From Deltaproteobacteria bacterium (GTDB lineage: Bacteria; Desulfobacterota; Desulfobacteria; Desulfobacterales; UBA11574): DNA of 41,710 bases. Under the pieces are notes generated by a model, which was not told the origin of the DNA, made no database searches, and saw only the letters and a program-made list of their open reading frames with translations. The translations under genes and the position numbers were made by a program. Location: NCBI GenBank assembly GCA_019310125.1, contig JAFDEW010000001.1, forward strand, positions 1 to 41,710, read 5' to 3'. Positions 8,849-17,831 of the stretch are shown piece by piece (the first letter of the stretch is position 1; the number at the start of each line of letters is the position of its first letter).

Positions 8849-11395
8849 CTAGGCCCATGTGATAAGCCCGGGGGCAAATCTGATTCGGTCATCTCCATTG
8901 GGTATAGCTCTGACAGTAAAACCATACCGCCCTGAATTGCTGCAAGCTATGGTGCAAGAGTAAAGATATTCACTATCTCCATGGATCTCCTTTACGGTCA
9001 TTTCTTGAGAATGACTGTTTGCGATGCTGTCCACAGTTTTTAATGGCCCGTAATAGAGTTCCATTTTTACTTCATCAGGATTCAGCTCTCCCAAATTCAC
9101 CATGGCTGTTACTTCAAACCCTTCTCCCACCCAAAACGGGCCTTCGGCTTTTCGTACAGGAGGTTCAATCCTTATTTTTCCCCACAGGGAGCTGAGTCGG
9201 TTATACTGAGCGGAAAGAATTACAGCTTCCTTGGCATTATCTGCAGTCAAACGCGCAAAGCGCTCTGTGGCGGGAAGATAAAATCTGGTTTCATATTTTT
9301 TAACCATTATACGGGCGCAAAATTGCAACATCGCCATCTTCATTGATTCTTTCATCATTTTGAGCCATCGGTCCGGCACGTCCCCATTCCTCCTTTCATA
9401 AAAGCAAGGAATCACATCGTTTTCCAGCACATTATAAAGGGCCAGGCTCTCCACCGTATCCTGGTAGGCGGAATCAGTATATTCCTCTTCGTCTCCGATA
9501 CTCCACCCTCTTTCTTCAGCATATCCTTCACACCACCAGCCGTCGAGGATGCTCACATTAAGGACTCCGTTTGTGGCAGCTTTTATACCGGATGTGCCGC
9601 ATGCTTCAAAGGGCCGTCTGGGAGTATTAAGCCACACATCCGCACCCTGAACCAGGTTCCGTGCGATACTGATATCGTAGTCTTCTAGAAAGGCGATTCG
9701 GTGGCGTACATTGGGTCTGCGGGCAAACTGGATAAGGCGCTTGATCAGCTCCTTGCCTTCGTTATCTTTAGGATGGGCTTTTCCTGCGAAGATAAACTGA
9801 ACCGGATTTGTCTTTGAGGTAATGATTGCTTCAAAGCGCTCCGGATCTTTAAGCAAAAGATTGGCCCGCTTGTACGTCGCAAAGCGACGGGCAAAGGCGA
9901 TGGTCAATATATCCTGGTCCATTACCGATTCAGCATCCTTCATCATACTTTTGGGAGCATTACGGCGCCGGTATTGCTTTATCATCAGTGCCCGGCAATG
10001 GCGAATAAGGCGGCTGCGACTCATTTCGCGGGATCGCCACAATTCCTCATCATAAATATCGTCAATGCGTTTGGCAATTTCCGGGTTCCCCATGTCCAAA
10101 TGCCAATCCGGTCCAAGATAGCGTTCAAACAGCAGGGAGTTCTCAACGGAAATCCACGAAGGAATATGTATCCCGTTGGTGATATGGGTTATGGGAACCT
10201 CATCTTCCGGCCTGCCGGGCCAGACATGGGACCACATGCGTCTGGCCACCTTTCCGTGCAATTCGCTGACGCCGTTGCAGTATTGCGCACTGTGCAATCC
10301 CAGAACGAACATGGAAACGGGGGTGTCTGCACCGGATTTCATAGGTTGACCCCACGATAAGATCTGTTCAACGCTTATTCCGAGTCTGTCGATAAAAGAA
10401 TTAAGATACGGTTTTACAAGGTCAACGGGAAACTCATCATGCCCTGCTGCCACCGGCGTATGGGTAGTAAAGACCGTGGTTCGTGAAACGATCTCCTTTG
10501 CGGTTTCAAGATTGACATTATAGCAAGAAATTGTCTGAGCAAGCCGCTCCAGGGTGACAAAGGCGCAATGACCTTCATTCATGTGGCACACGGTCGGATA
10601 GATTCCCATGGCTTCAAGAGCACGCATTCCGCCGATTCCCAGCAGCACCTCCTGGGCCAGCCGAGTCTTTGGGCTTCCGGCATACAGACGAGAAGTTATT
10701 TCCCGAATCTCCGGGGAATTTTCCGGCAAATTGGTATCCAGGAGAATAAGAGGAATTCGCCCTACCATGATTTTCCAGACAACGGCCCGGATTACTCCCT
10801 CAGGTCCGGTGACCGAAATGATTAGCTCATTTCCTGAACCATCCTTTACCCGTTTCACAGGCAGGCAATAGATATCGATTTCCGGATATTCCTCCTGCTG
10901 CCAGCCCTCATGATCCAAAAACTGATGAAAATAGCCATGCCGGTAGAGAAGGCCTACCCCTATCAAGGGAAGGGCAAGGTCGGAAGCCGCCTTTAAGTGA
11001 TCACCGGCCAGAACTCCGAGACCGCCTGCAAACAGGGGAACACTTTCATGAATTCCGAATTCCATGGAAAAATATCCGATAGTCCCCTCTTTTTTGTATG
11101 AAAATTCGCCGGGATCCTCAGGGGTTAAATCGTTCACAAAATGTTCTTCCACCCGTTGCTGATGAGCCAGAAAACTTTCGTCTTTTGACAGTTCCTCCAG
11201 TTGTTTTTGGGGAATTAAGGTTAAAAATACGATGGGATTGCGACCGGACTCTTCCCAGAGCCGGGGACTTATTCGACGAAAAAGTTCAATGGCATCCATA
11301 TGCCAGCACCACCAAAGGTTGCGTGCCAGAACCTGAAGAAAAGAAAGGGGTTTTGGAATTGATGGAAACACTTGAAATGTTTGCAAAAAACTCAT
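8849..11395 (-). CDS. glgP: Alpha-glucan phosphorylase (GT35, form with the DUF3417-type N-terminus)
   Basis: 848 aa. The N-terminus is LARNLWWCWHMDAIELFRRISPRLWEE. The pyridoxal-phosphate lysine region EACGTSGIKAATNG is present. AAGGAT lies 7 nt upstream of the ATG. Confidence 0.85.
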   Translation of the reverse strand: MSFLQTFQVFPSIPKPLSFLQVLARNLWWCWHMDAIELFRRISPRLWEESGRNPIVFLTLIPQKQLEELSKDESFLAHQQRVEEHFVNDLTPEDPGEFSYKKEGTIGYFSMEFGIHESVPLFAGGLGVLAGDHLKAASDLALPLIGVGLLYRHGYFHQFLDHEGWQQEEYPEIDIYCLPVKRVKDGSGNELIISVTGPEGVIRAVVWKIMVGRIPLILLDTNLPENSPEIREITSRLYAGSPKTRLAQEVLLGIGGMRALEAMGIYPTVCHMNEGHCAFVTLERLAQTISCYNVNLETAKEIVSRTTVFTTHTPVAAGHDEFPVDLVKPYLNSFIDRLGISVEQILSWGQPMKSGADTPVSMFVLGLHSAQYCNGVSELHGKVARRMWSHVWPGRPEDEVPITHITNGIHIPSWISVENSLLFERYLGPDWHLDMGNPEIAKRIDDIYDEELWRSREMSRSRLIRHCRALMIKQYRRRNAPKSMMKDAESVMDQDILTIAFARRFATYKRANLLLKDPERFEAIITSKTNPVQFIFAGKAHPKDNEGKELIKRLIQFARRPNVRHRIAFLEDYDISIARNLVQGADVWLNTPRRPFEACGTSGIKAATNGVLNVSILDGWWCEGYAEERGWSIGDEEEYTDSAYQDTVESLALYNVLENDVIPCFYERRNGDVPDRWLKMMKESMKMAMLQFCARIMVKKYETRFYLPATERFARLTADNAKEAVILSAQYNRLSSLWGKIRIEPPVRKAEGPFWVGEGFEVTAMVNLGELNPDEVKMELYYGPLKTVDSIANSHSQEMTVKEIHGDSEYLYSCTIACSNSGRYGFTVRAIPNGDDRIRFAPGLITWA

Positions 11396-11509
11396 TTTTA
11401 TTTATCCTTTGTCATTAATTGTTGGTCATGAGTCACGTACTCAACGGGTGTAATTCACGGCTGTTGGTTTACGGCAGCCATTCATTCCTTATCACCGGGA
11501 TCTGAAGAT

Positions 11510-11596
11510 CAGGTTTCAGGTGTCAGGTGTCTGGAGAGAGGGACGTAAGAGCGGAAACCCAAAACCTGAACACTGACACCTGACACCTGAAACCTG
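11510..11596. repeat. Hairpin F1: perfect 22-bp arms built from caggtgt heptads, 43-nt loop
   Basis: 11510-11531 (caggtttcaggtgtcaggtgtc) is the exact reverse complement of 11575-11596. A related hairpin lies at 31666-31734. F1 sits between the debranching-enzyme stop and the glgP start. Confidence 0.85.
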
Positions 11597-11667
11597 GATA
11601 ATTTAAGCTAAATCACCAACAGTTTTGATTTACAACCTCATTCAACTACTCAACTATTATCAAATAG

Positions 11668-14600
11668 TCAATTCAAAGCTTGGAGCAGCTTCCATACTCT
11701 TACAAATTCGCTTGCTCCCCAGGCCTGTGCATCACAGCCGCGGTGCCTGTGGGGAAAATCTCCGTCCATGATTTCCGGCAGATGGCTTACGCACCCCTGG
11801 GATACGAGACGGGCGCTGCTTGCCAGCCATGAGAACGCCGTGTTTTTTCCTTCAGTGCCGTAGGCTTTTACCCATGCTTCACAATAACTGGAGAACAGCC
11901 ATGTCCAGGCAGTGCCGTTATGGTATGCAGGTTTGCGTTTTAACTCTTCCTCTCCCGCATATTGCCCCTGGTAAGGATGATGGGGATTGTTAATGGTTGT
12001 TCCATTATGATAAATTGCAATTGGCCGGCTCACCGGTCGGTCCGCAAGGCTGCGAATGGCTCCCGGGACCAGCAGTTCCTCACATGCCGCCACGATCTTA
12101 CGGCAAATCGCAGGGTCGGGGACAGCGCCAAGCGTTACCGCAAAAAGCTGGTTCGGCCTCAGGGCATCGTCAGGATCCGCCTGTGCGGCCGGTTTTCCCG
12201 AATCCGTATGGAGACAGTCGGACAGGTAACCTGATTTTTCGAGCCAAAAGAGGTTAGAAATTGACGTTTGAACCCGGGAAGCTCTATCGGTCCAGTCGCC
12301 GGCATCCCCGGAGGGGTCAATTCGTGATAAAAAGGATAATGCGGCAAACCAGAGCGCCTGAATTTCAATGGGATACCCTTGCCGGGGGGTGCCTGCAGGG
12401 TGATTGGTGTCCATCCAAGTAAAATGGGTCGGACTGAAAATAAGACACGATTTCGGGTCCATATGGATACCGTTGGGCATGCCCTTCTCATAAGCATTGG
12501 CTATGGAAAAAAGAATATGACGAATGGTTCGATCCCCACACGTTGAATCCAGAAATTCTTCATTTCCTTGGATTCGGACCAGATCGGCACATGCGACAAA
12601 AAACCATAGCGGCGCGTCAGAGGTGTTCCGGTTTCCGGCATCTTTTCCTCGAATCATATTCGGAATCGTTCCGTTGCTTTCAAACTGTCCGAACTGTTTC
12701 AGGATAGAACGCGCCTCGTCCATTTTTCCCGCTGCAATCAACCCCCTGACAAAAATCAAGGCGTCCCTTCCCCAATCCAGAAACCAAGGATATCCCGCAA
12801 TGACCGTATTCAAATCGTTCCTTTTTACTACATAATCATCCAGCGCTGTTTTTAATGCTTCATAGGGTTTGCAAAATTTGCTTTTTTCAACAAGTTCCGG
12901 TTCCATATCACGGACCCGGGGTTTTTGATTCGGAACATGGGAATTTTGGGCACCCGTAATAAAGGCGCTCAGCGTTACGGATTCTCCTCCTTTCAGGAAT
13001 GAAGAAAAATAGCCCGGACTGAACAGATCCGAATCCGGATCAAGACCCCGCTCAGCCTCTATCGACCGGTGTACCATGTATTGCCATTCCGGCTCCCATA
13101 CAAAAGACCCATCGGAAATCTTCAAACTAAGCCGGTGTTCCTGTTCCGGCACAAATGTGAAGCCGTCCGGATCCGATCTCACAGCCCCGGGCCAGAAATG
13201 CTCCGGTCCCTGAAATGCCTTAGTGGTCTCGTGAAAATTGCGGCTTTCAATATCCGGACGCAGGATGAGCCGGACCGGCTCATGATCTGCCAGCATTCCC
13301 TGCCGGCTTTTTGCTGAATCGCGGATAAAAACCATACGCATGGAATTTTTTCCGGGAACCATCTCCACACATATGGTCAGAACGACATGTTCCCCCTGGC
13401 CTGTGGGCACCTGATATCGCCACATGCCTCGGCCACGGGACTGGAAACAAAAAGAATCAAAGCAATCATCGCAGATATCCTGTGAATAGCCCTGATACAC
13501 CAGCCATGCCCGGCATCGTGTAAACATTACCCAGCGATCTTCAGGGATCTCAGGGTTCATATTTGCTGCCAGAAGGGCATCATACCTGCTGGAAAGTTCC
13601 CCCCAGGAAACCGCCGCCCGAAGCATGCCTCCGCGACCGTTGGTGCCGAGCAGAAGAGGGGAACGGCTTGACAGATCCTGCCGGTAATAGATCCGGTTCA
13701 CCCTTGCATCCTCCGGCCGGGAAAGGAAAAGAAGGGGCGCGTCAACATGTTGAGTATCACCTGGCGTATAAACCGACAACTTCAGGGTATACGAGCGATG
13801 AGTCTTGGGCGAAGGAAGGGGTGAAAAAAGCGTAAAATACGATCCGTCCATACACTGCAGACTTTCTTCATGGTACAGGCACCGGTTTTCCTCCATGATC
13901 CTGGCGCGAAAAGCCCTATCGGCGCGAACCATTAAAAAATGATCCGGAGGCACCATTACTTCTCGCTTTTTATCACGGGGCCATTGCCAGGTTATCACCC
14001 GAGGTTCATTGCTGAACGGGTTAAGACTGCGGCAGTACTCCAGGGGATTTTCCGCCAGTTTTCGCGCCGCCGTATCCGGTTCAAATTTGCCCGGATCCCG
14101 GGCACCGTTATAAAAATGCAGCACGTCCATAGCTTTGGCACGAAGACACTGCCTTTTAATTCGCTCCGGATATAATGCGGTTTTAGATTCAACCTCGCCA
14201 ACAAGATCAATATCCTGCCGGTCAGCGCTAAGACAGAAAATCCGACCGGAATCAAGAAGACAGGAATGCTTTCCGTCAGACTCGGCAATAGCCACATTCT
14301 CGCCTGAGATAAGATCCACAAACGCAGATGAATTTATGCCTGTCGCCTGAGGATTCCAGGATGCTAACGTCTTATGCCGATCATCCAAATTCGCCACAAT
14401 AAGAAGCTTTTTCCCTGACGGCAGATGGTGACGCAGCATGACAATACAATTTCCATCGCCCTGCTGGACCATTTTCAGTTCCGTTCGGTCATGAAATGCC
14501 GGATGTGTTTTGAGCAGAACGTTGAGGCGACGGATATGTTTCACCTGGTTGGTTGAAGCCCCCCAGTTCAGTGAAGTTGCTCCATGGACGCTGATCTTTT

Positions 14601-15972
14601 CCGTTGCATACCATTCCACGCCGTTGGCAAAGCCAAAGCCCCCTTGATAACTGCAAAGCGCGCACAGTGCGGTCCGCATCCGAGCAAAGACTTTAGATTG
14701 AGCGGCCAGACGAAGGTTATCGTGGGTTTCAGCGAAATGTACCGTTATTCCGTCACTTACAGAGATCTCATTGGCTCCCGGAAGATAGGTTTCGATCTGG
14801 CTGCGGTCATAGTTTTGAAAAAGCTCGGAATAGGACCAGTTGAAATTGGCTTTGTTCAAGATATCCCGGGTTGCAGAAATTTTTCCTCCCAGCCCTTCCA
14901 GAAGAAAAATTGTATCAGGATACTGATCCCTGACAGCGGCAACAATATACTTCCAGGCAGGAACCGGTATCATATATCCCGCATCGCACCGGAATCCGTC
15001 CACCCCCCGTTGGCACCATGTAATAAAGACATCGGCCATAAATTGCCACAAGTCTTTTTGGGTGTAGTCGAGACTCGTCAGGTCTGCCCAGACCACGCCC
15101 CAGGCGCCCGGCATTTCGATCTGGCCGTCCGGATTCCGGACAAGCCATTGAGGATGGGTTTCATGAAGACCGGCGGCCCAGCCCGTATGGTTGATGGCGA
15201 TGTCAATAAAAACCATGGCATGACGTTCATGGATTGCATCTATCAGCTCTATGAACTGCTCAAGAGGAGTTGCCTTAGGGTCAAATTCGGCCAAAGCCGG
15301 ATCCACGGCGGTAAAACTGAGTGCTGCATACGGACTTCCAAACCGTCCCATGCGAGCATAGGTAGTGGGGATGGGATGTATCGGGAGCAGCTGAATTATT
15401 CGGCACCCAAGCTCGCCAATAATGAAATCCAGTTCTCCGATCAAATCACGAAAGGTTCCTGACGGCGGGATGACCGTATATCCATTTTTATCAAGAGCCC
15501 GGATCGAATCTTCATCTGTCCCGGAAAAGAACTTACCGTTTTTGTTTGGACCGAACTGCCGGACAAATGCATTATAAATGATGTTTGAACAGCATGTGTG
15601 TGCCGGTTCCACGTTGATGGCGACATTGGGACCCTCCGGCCACACCGGGATGGTCTCCTTTTCACTCAAAAAGAAACATTTGGCTTCAAAATGCCCGACT
15701 TCACAAAAAGGGAGGGTAATCATAAAATTTCGCTCGTCAACACGGCTCATGGGAATGTCAAACCAGTCCCGACCGAGGGGCGGCTTATCGTTATCTACTT
15801 TCCTGATGATTTCCTGCCTGGTAGTTTGGGCATGGCCGATGTTCGTACGAAGCCATGCATTTCCTTTTCCGGGACGTGAAAGGGAGAGATTAAATGTCCG
15901 GGTATCGCCTCTAAATATAAGAATGCGGGTTCCCGGCGCGGGATCCTGGATGACCCAATTTGAATTATCCAT
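11668..15972 (-). CDS. Eukaryote-style glycogen debranching enzyme: N-terminal GH13 (glucanotransferase-like) half fused to a C-terminal amylo-alpha-1,6-glucosidase (GDE_C) half
   Basis: 1434 aa. The GH13 regions are VFIDIAINHTG, VDGFRCDAGYMIP, FLLEGLGG and FAETHDN. The C-terminal half has YPWFLDWGRDALIFVRGL, TSDAPLWFF, TPRQGYPIEIQALW, RPNQLFAV and AYHNGTAWTW, which are typical of amylo-1,6-glucosidase domains. Confidence 0.8.
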   Translation of the reverse strand: MDNSNWVIQDPAPGTRILIFRGDTRTFNLSLSRPGKGNAWLRTNIGHAQTTRQEIIRKVDNDKPPLGRDWFDIPMSRVDERNFMITLPFCEVGHFEAKCFFLSEKETIPVWPEGPNVAINVEPAHTCCSNIIYNAFVRQFGPNKNGKFFSGTDEDSIRALDKNGYTVIPPSGTFRDLIGELDFIIGELGCRIIQLLPIHPIPTTYARMGRFGSPYAALSFTAVDPALAEFDPKATPLEQFIELIDAIHERHAMVFIDIAINHTGWAAGLHETHPQWLVRNPDGQIEMPGAWGVVWADLTSLDYTQKDLWQFMADVFITWCQRGVDGFRCDAGYMIPVPAWKYIVAAVRDQYPDTIFLLEGLGGKISATRDILNKANFNWSYSELFQNYDRSQIETYLPGANEISVSDGITVHFAETHDNLRLAAQSKVFARMRTALCALCSYQGGFGFANGVEWYATEKISVHGATSLNWGASTNQVKHIRRLNVLLKTHPAFHDRTELKMVQQGDGNCIVMLRHHLPSGKKLLIVANLDDRHKTLASWNPQATGINSSAFVDLISGENVAIAESDGKHSCLLDSGRIFCLSADRQDIDLVGEVESKTALYPERIKRQCLRAKAMDVLHFYNGARDPGKFEPDTAARKLAENPLEYCRSLNPFSNEPRVITWQWPRDKKREVMVPPDHFLMVRADRAFRARIMEENRCLYHEESLQCMDGSYFTLFSPLPSPKTHRSYTLKLSVYTPGDTQHVDAPLLFLSRPEDARVNRIYYRQDLSSRSPLLLGTNGRGGMLRAAVSWGELSSRYDALLAANMNPEIPEDRWVMFTRCRAWLVYQGYSQDICDDCFDSFCFQSRGRGMWRYQVPTGQGEHVVLTICVEMVPGKNSMRMVFIRDSAKSRQGMLADHEPVRLILRPDIESRNFHETTKAFQGPEHFWPGAVRSDPDGFTFVPEQEHRLSLKISDGSFVWEPEWQYMVHRSIEAERGLDPDSDLFSPGYFSSFLKGGESVTLSAFITGAQNSHVPNQKPRVRDMEPELVEKSKFCKPYEALKTALDDYVVKRNDLNTVIAGYPWFLDWGRDALIFVRGLIAAGKMDEARSILKQFGQFESNGTIPNMIRGKDAGNRNTSDAPLWFFVACADLVRIQGNEEFLDSTCGDRTIRHILFSIANAYEKGMPNGIHMDPKSCLIFSPTHFTWMDTNHPAGTPRQGYPIEIQALWFAALSFLSRIDPSGDAGDWTDRASRVQTSISNLFWLEKSGYLSDCLHTDSGKPAAQADPDDALRPNQLFAVTLGAVPDPAICRKIVAACEELLVPGAIRSLADRPVSRPIAIYHNGTTINNPHHPYQGQYAGEEELKRKPAYHNGTAWTWLFSSYCEAWVKAYGTEGKNTAFSWLASSARLVSQGCVSHLPEIMDGDFPHRHRGCDAQAWGASEFVRVWKLLQALN

Positions 15973-16087
15973 CGGGCGTCACTGTTTCTTTTATAAAACA
16001 ATACGATTTTGATTCAGAAAACTTAATATAAAATAACGAAACTTGTGTGTCAAAGGAAAAGGCATCATTATTGCGGGGAGGTCGGGG

Positions 16088-16489
16088 CTATATAGGAGAG
16101 GGAAATTCTGAATCTTCCTGAACGACGGGCAACTGATTTAATAAATTGGAAATCTTTTCTCTGAGTTCATGGGCGGCCGTATGGCTTTTAACCAGATACC
16201 CGTCTGCTTGAGAAAGATGGGGATCAAACAGGTGTGTGTTGTGAGCGGTAACGATAAGTACCGGAAGATTTGGATGTTGTATTTTAATGCCCTGCAAAAC
16301 ATCCCATACGAGAAATCCATGTTTTAAGTATTGGTTCAGGAGCACGATATGGGGGTTGAACGATAAAATGTTTTCCATCACGGACTCGACATCATCTGTT
16401 GTTGAAACAGTGAATCCTTCACCGGCCAGACTTTCTCTACATAATTCCTTTACCCAGGCCTGGTCGTCTATAATAAGTATATTTGCCAT
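16088..16489 (-). CDS. Stand-alone CheY-like receiver domain protein with Asn in place of the phospho-acceptor Asp
   Basis: The start ATG 16489 (MANILIIDDQ) has GGAG 6 nt upstream. The acidic pair DD, the T of LIVTAH and the K of YLVKS are present. The position aligned with CheY D57 reads HIVLLNQYL, with the Asn codon at 16334-16336. Confidence 0.7.
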   Translation of the reverse strand: MANILIIDDQAWVKELCRESLAGEGFTVSTTDDVESVMENILSFNPHIVLLNQYLKHGFLVWDVLQGIKIQHPNLPVLIVTAHNTHLFDPHLSQADGYLVKSHTAAHELREKISNLLNQLPVVQEDSEFPSPI

Positions 16490-16725
16490 AAAATACTCCA
16501 ACTCTATCCGGTTAAGACACTCCGATCCGTTGACTTGGCTGAGCCACCGACAATGGCATAAAGGGGGGTAAATGAAAATAAGTATCCGCTTTCGGCGCGA
16601 TTTATCCGTAAAAATAGTACCATACCTGAAACGGTAATATTTTCAAAATCTTAACGTGTTATGATATATACTTTTTCTTTCTTTGAAGAAATCCATACTT
16701 GCTGCCAGACAAATTTCAGGTTGTC

Positions 16726-17019
16726 TTAAGCTTCATAAAATACCGGCTCTCCCAGTTCTTTGAACGAAATACTATTGAAAATATGATGTCCGTCATAGTC
16801 GAGGACCCGCAAATCGTCGGTCTGACGCAAATCACTCATGATTGTTTTAAATTGCAATCCATATTTTTCTTTTACTTTTTCTTCAGAAATTTCATAAGCA
16901 ATGTACTTTTTTATCCCTTTTACAGCGAGCTTCTCAATTAGCTTTGAATCATTTAAAGATTCATAAGTAGTTAAAAGAAGAATGGGGCCTGTGCCTGTGA
17001 AAAAGATTCCTGCCTTCAT
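16726..17019 (-). CDS. Hypothetical protein (97 aa)
   Basis: Strong SD (AAGGAGG 6 nt upstream of the ATG). It starts 18 nt after the preceding ORF, consistent with an operon. I recognise no family. Confidence 0.6.
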   Translation of the reverse strand: MKAGIFFTGTGPILLLTTYESLNDSKLIEKLAVKGIKKYIAYEISEEKVKEKYGLQFKTIMSDLRQTDDLRVLDYDGHHIFNSISFKELGEPVFYEA

Positions 17020-17037
17020 AATATACCTCCTTTCTAT

Positions 17038-17418
17038 CTATGCTTCGTCTTTTCTCAAAATAGGTTGCTCTTCCAGGCAGAAGGAACGCCACTTGCAGTC
17101 GAGCTGATCGCAATCCACAATTCCTTTTTGGAAACAGTCCGGATTACCTTCAGCGCGTTGAATACTTCTAATCAGGATCGTAATATCAAGGAAATTCTTT
17201 TTATTAACATCCGGTCCCGACCTGGAGGATGCTGCTGTGGTTATCTTTTCGTCCCTCCTCAGATTTCCAGTGTTGCTCGAACACTTTTGATTTTTTATGA
17301 ATGGCATAAATTCGTTAATGTTATGTCTCTGAATTTCGATCCACGGCGGAAAATCAAGGGTTTTTAAAACAAAGAACGCCTTTAGCTCAATAGTATAGGA
17401 ATTTCCTTTTTTGGACAC
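17038..17418 (-). CDS. Hypothetical protein with a C-terminal Cys-x7-Cys-x4-Cys-x5-Cys cluster (start uncertain)
   Basis: The C-terminus reads GNPDCFQKGIVDCDQLDCKWRSFCLEE. There is no SD before GTG 17418 or before the internal ATG (MPFIKNQ), so the 5' boundary is unsure. Confidence 0.4.
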   Translation of the reverse strand: MSKKGNSYTIELKAFFVLKTLDFPPWIEIQRHNINEFMPFIKNQKCSSNTGNLRRDEKITTAASSRSGPDVNKKNFLDITILIRSIQRAEGNPDCFQKGIVDCDQLDCKWRSFCLEEQPILRKDEA

Positions 17419-17529
17419 AGATAAACACAGATTGTCAAGATTTAAGAAATAATAATATCTGAGCTTATCTGCGAAAATCTGCGTCCTATTTAACTTGATT
17501 TATTTTGAGAGAGCTTTGCATTATATTGT

Positions 17530-17730
17530 CTATAACGAGAGAGAACTTTCTGAAATCGACGGCGGTATAGTATAACGGTATTCTTCGGTATAATCTATTC
17601 CGCTTCCAACGTTCCATTTTTCAGTAGACACATGAATATCCTGTATCGCTTTCAATAACTTGCAGTTTTTGGCGCAATCTTCCTTAGGCAGATTCTTTCT
17701 GGGACAATTTTTACAGGGAGAAGAAATCAT
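17530..17730 (-). CDS. Small Cys-rich protein (66 aa; C-x2-C-x9-C-x3-C near the N-terminus)
   Basis: GGAGGA lies 4 nt upstream of the ATG. The protein begins MISSPCKNCPRKNLPKEDCAKNCKLL. Motif copy C lies about 100 nt upstream. Confidence 0.6.
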   Translation of the reverse strand: MISSPCKNCPRKNLPKEDCAKNCKLLKAIQDIHVSTEKWNVGSGIDYTEEYRYTIPPSISESSLSL

Positions 17731-17831
17731 ATGTCCTCCTCTATCTTAAGGTATCCACAATATCAGACTCTATCAAAGGTATTCATAACATCAGCATTTT
17801 CTTAATTTTATTATCAGATAGAAATTAGTTT

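Noticed and set aside
8609-8935. 108-aa plus-strand ORF across the glgP-glgA spacer
   Set aside because: It is the translation of the E1 palindrome and its flanks and then runs antisense into glgP. The conserved feature here is base pairing, not a reading frame: the E2 copy is not open in the same frame.
11510-11596. CRISPR-like reading of the short periodic repeats (caggtgt, gaacgtc/caacatc, ggaat words)
   Set aside because: The units are 7-8 nt and directly adjacent, with no unique spacers. They are arranged as inverted arms of hairpins, and no cas genes are present.
14584-15462. 292-aa plus-strand ORF inside the debranching-enzyme gene
   Set aside because: It is antisense to a 1434-aa ORF with GH13 and GDE_C motifs and has no recognisable motifs of its own. 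The same reasoning applies to 6788..7486 and 7496..8116 (antisense to glgA), 22769..23395 (antisense to flxC/flxB), 25381..25917 (antisense to hdrA) and 12159..12497.
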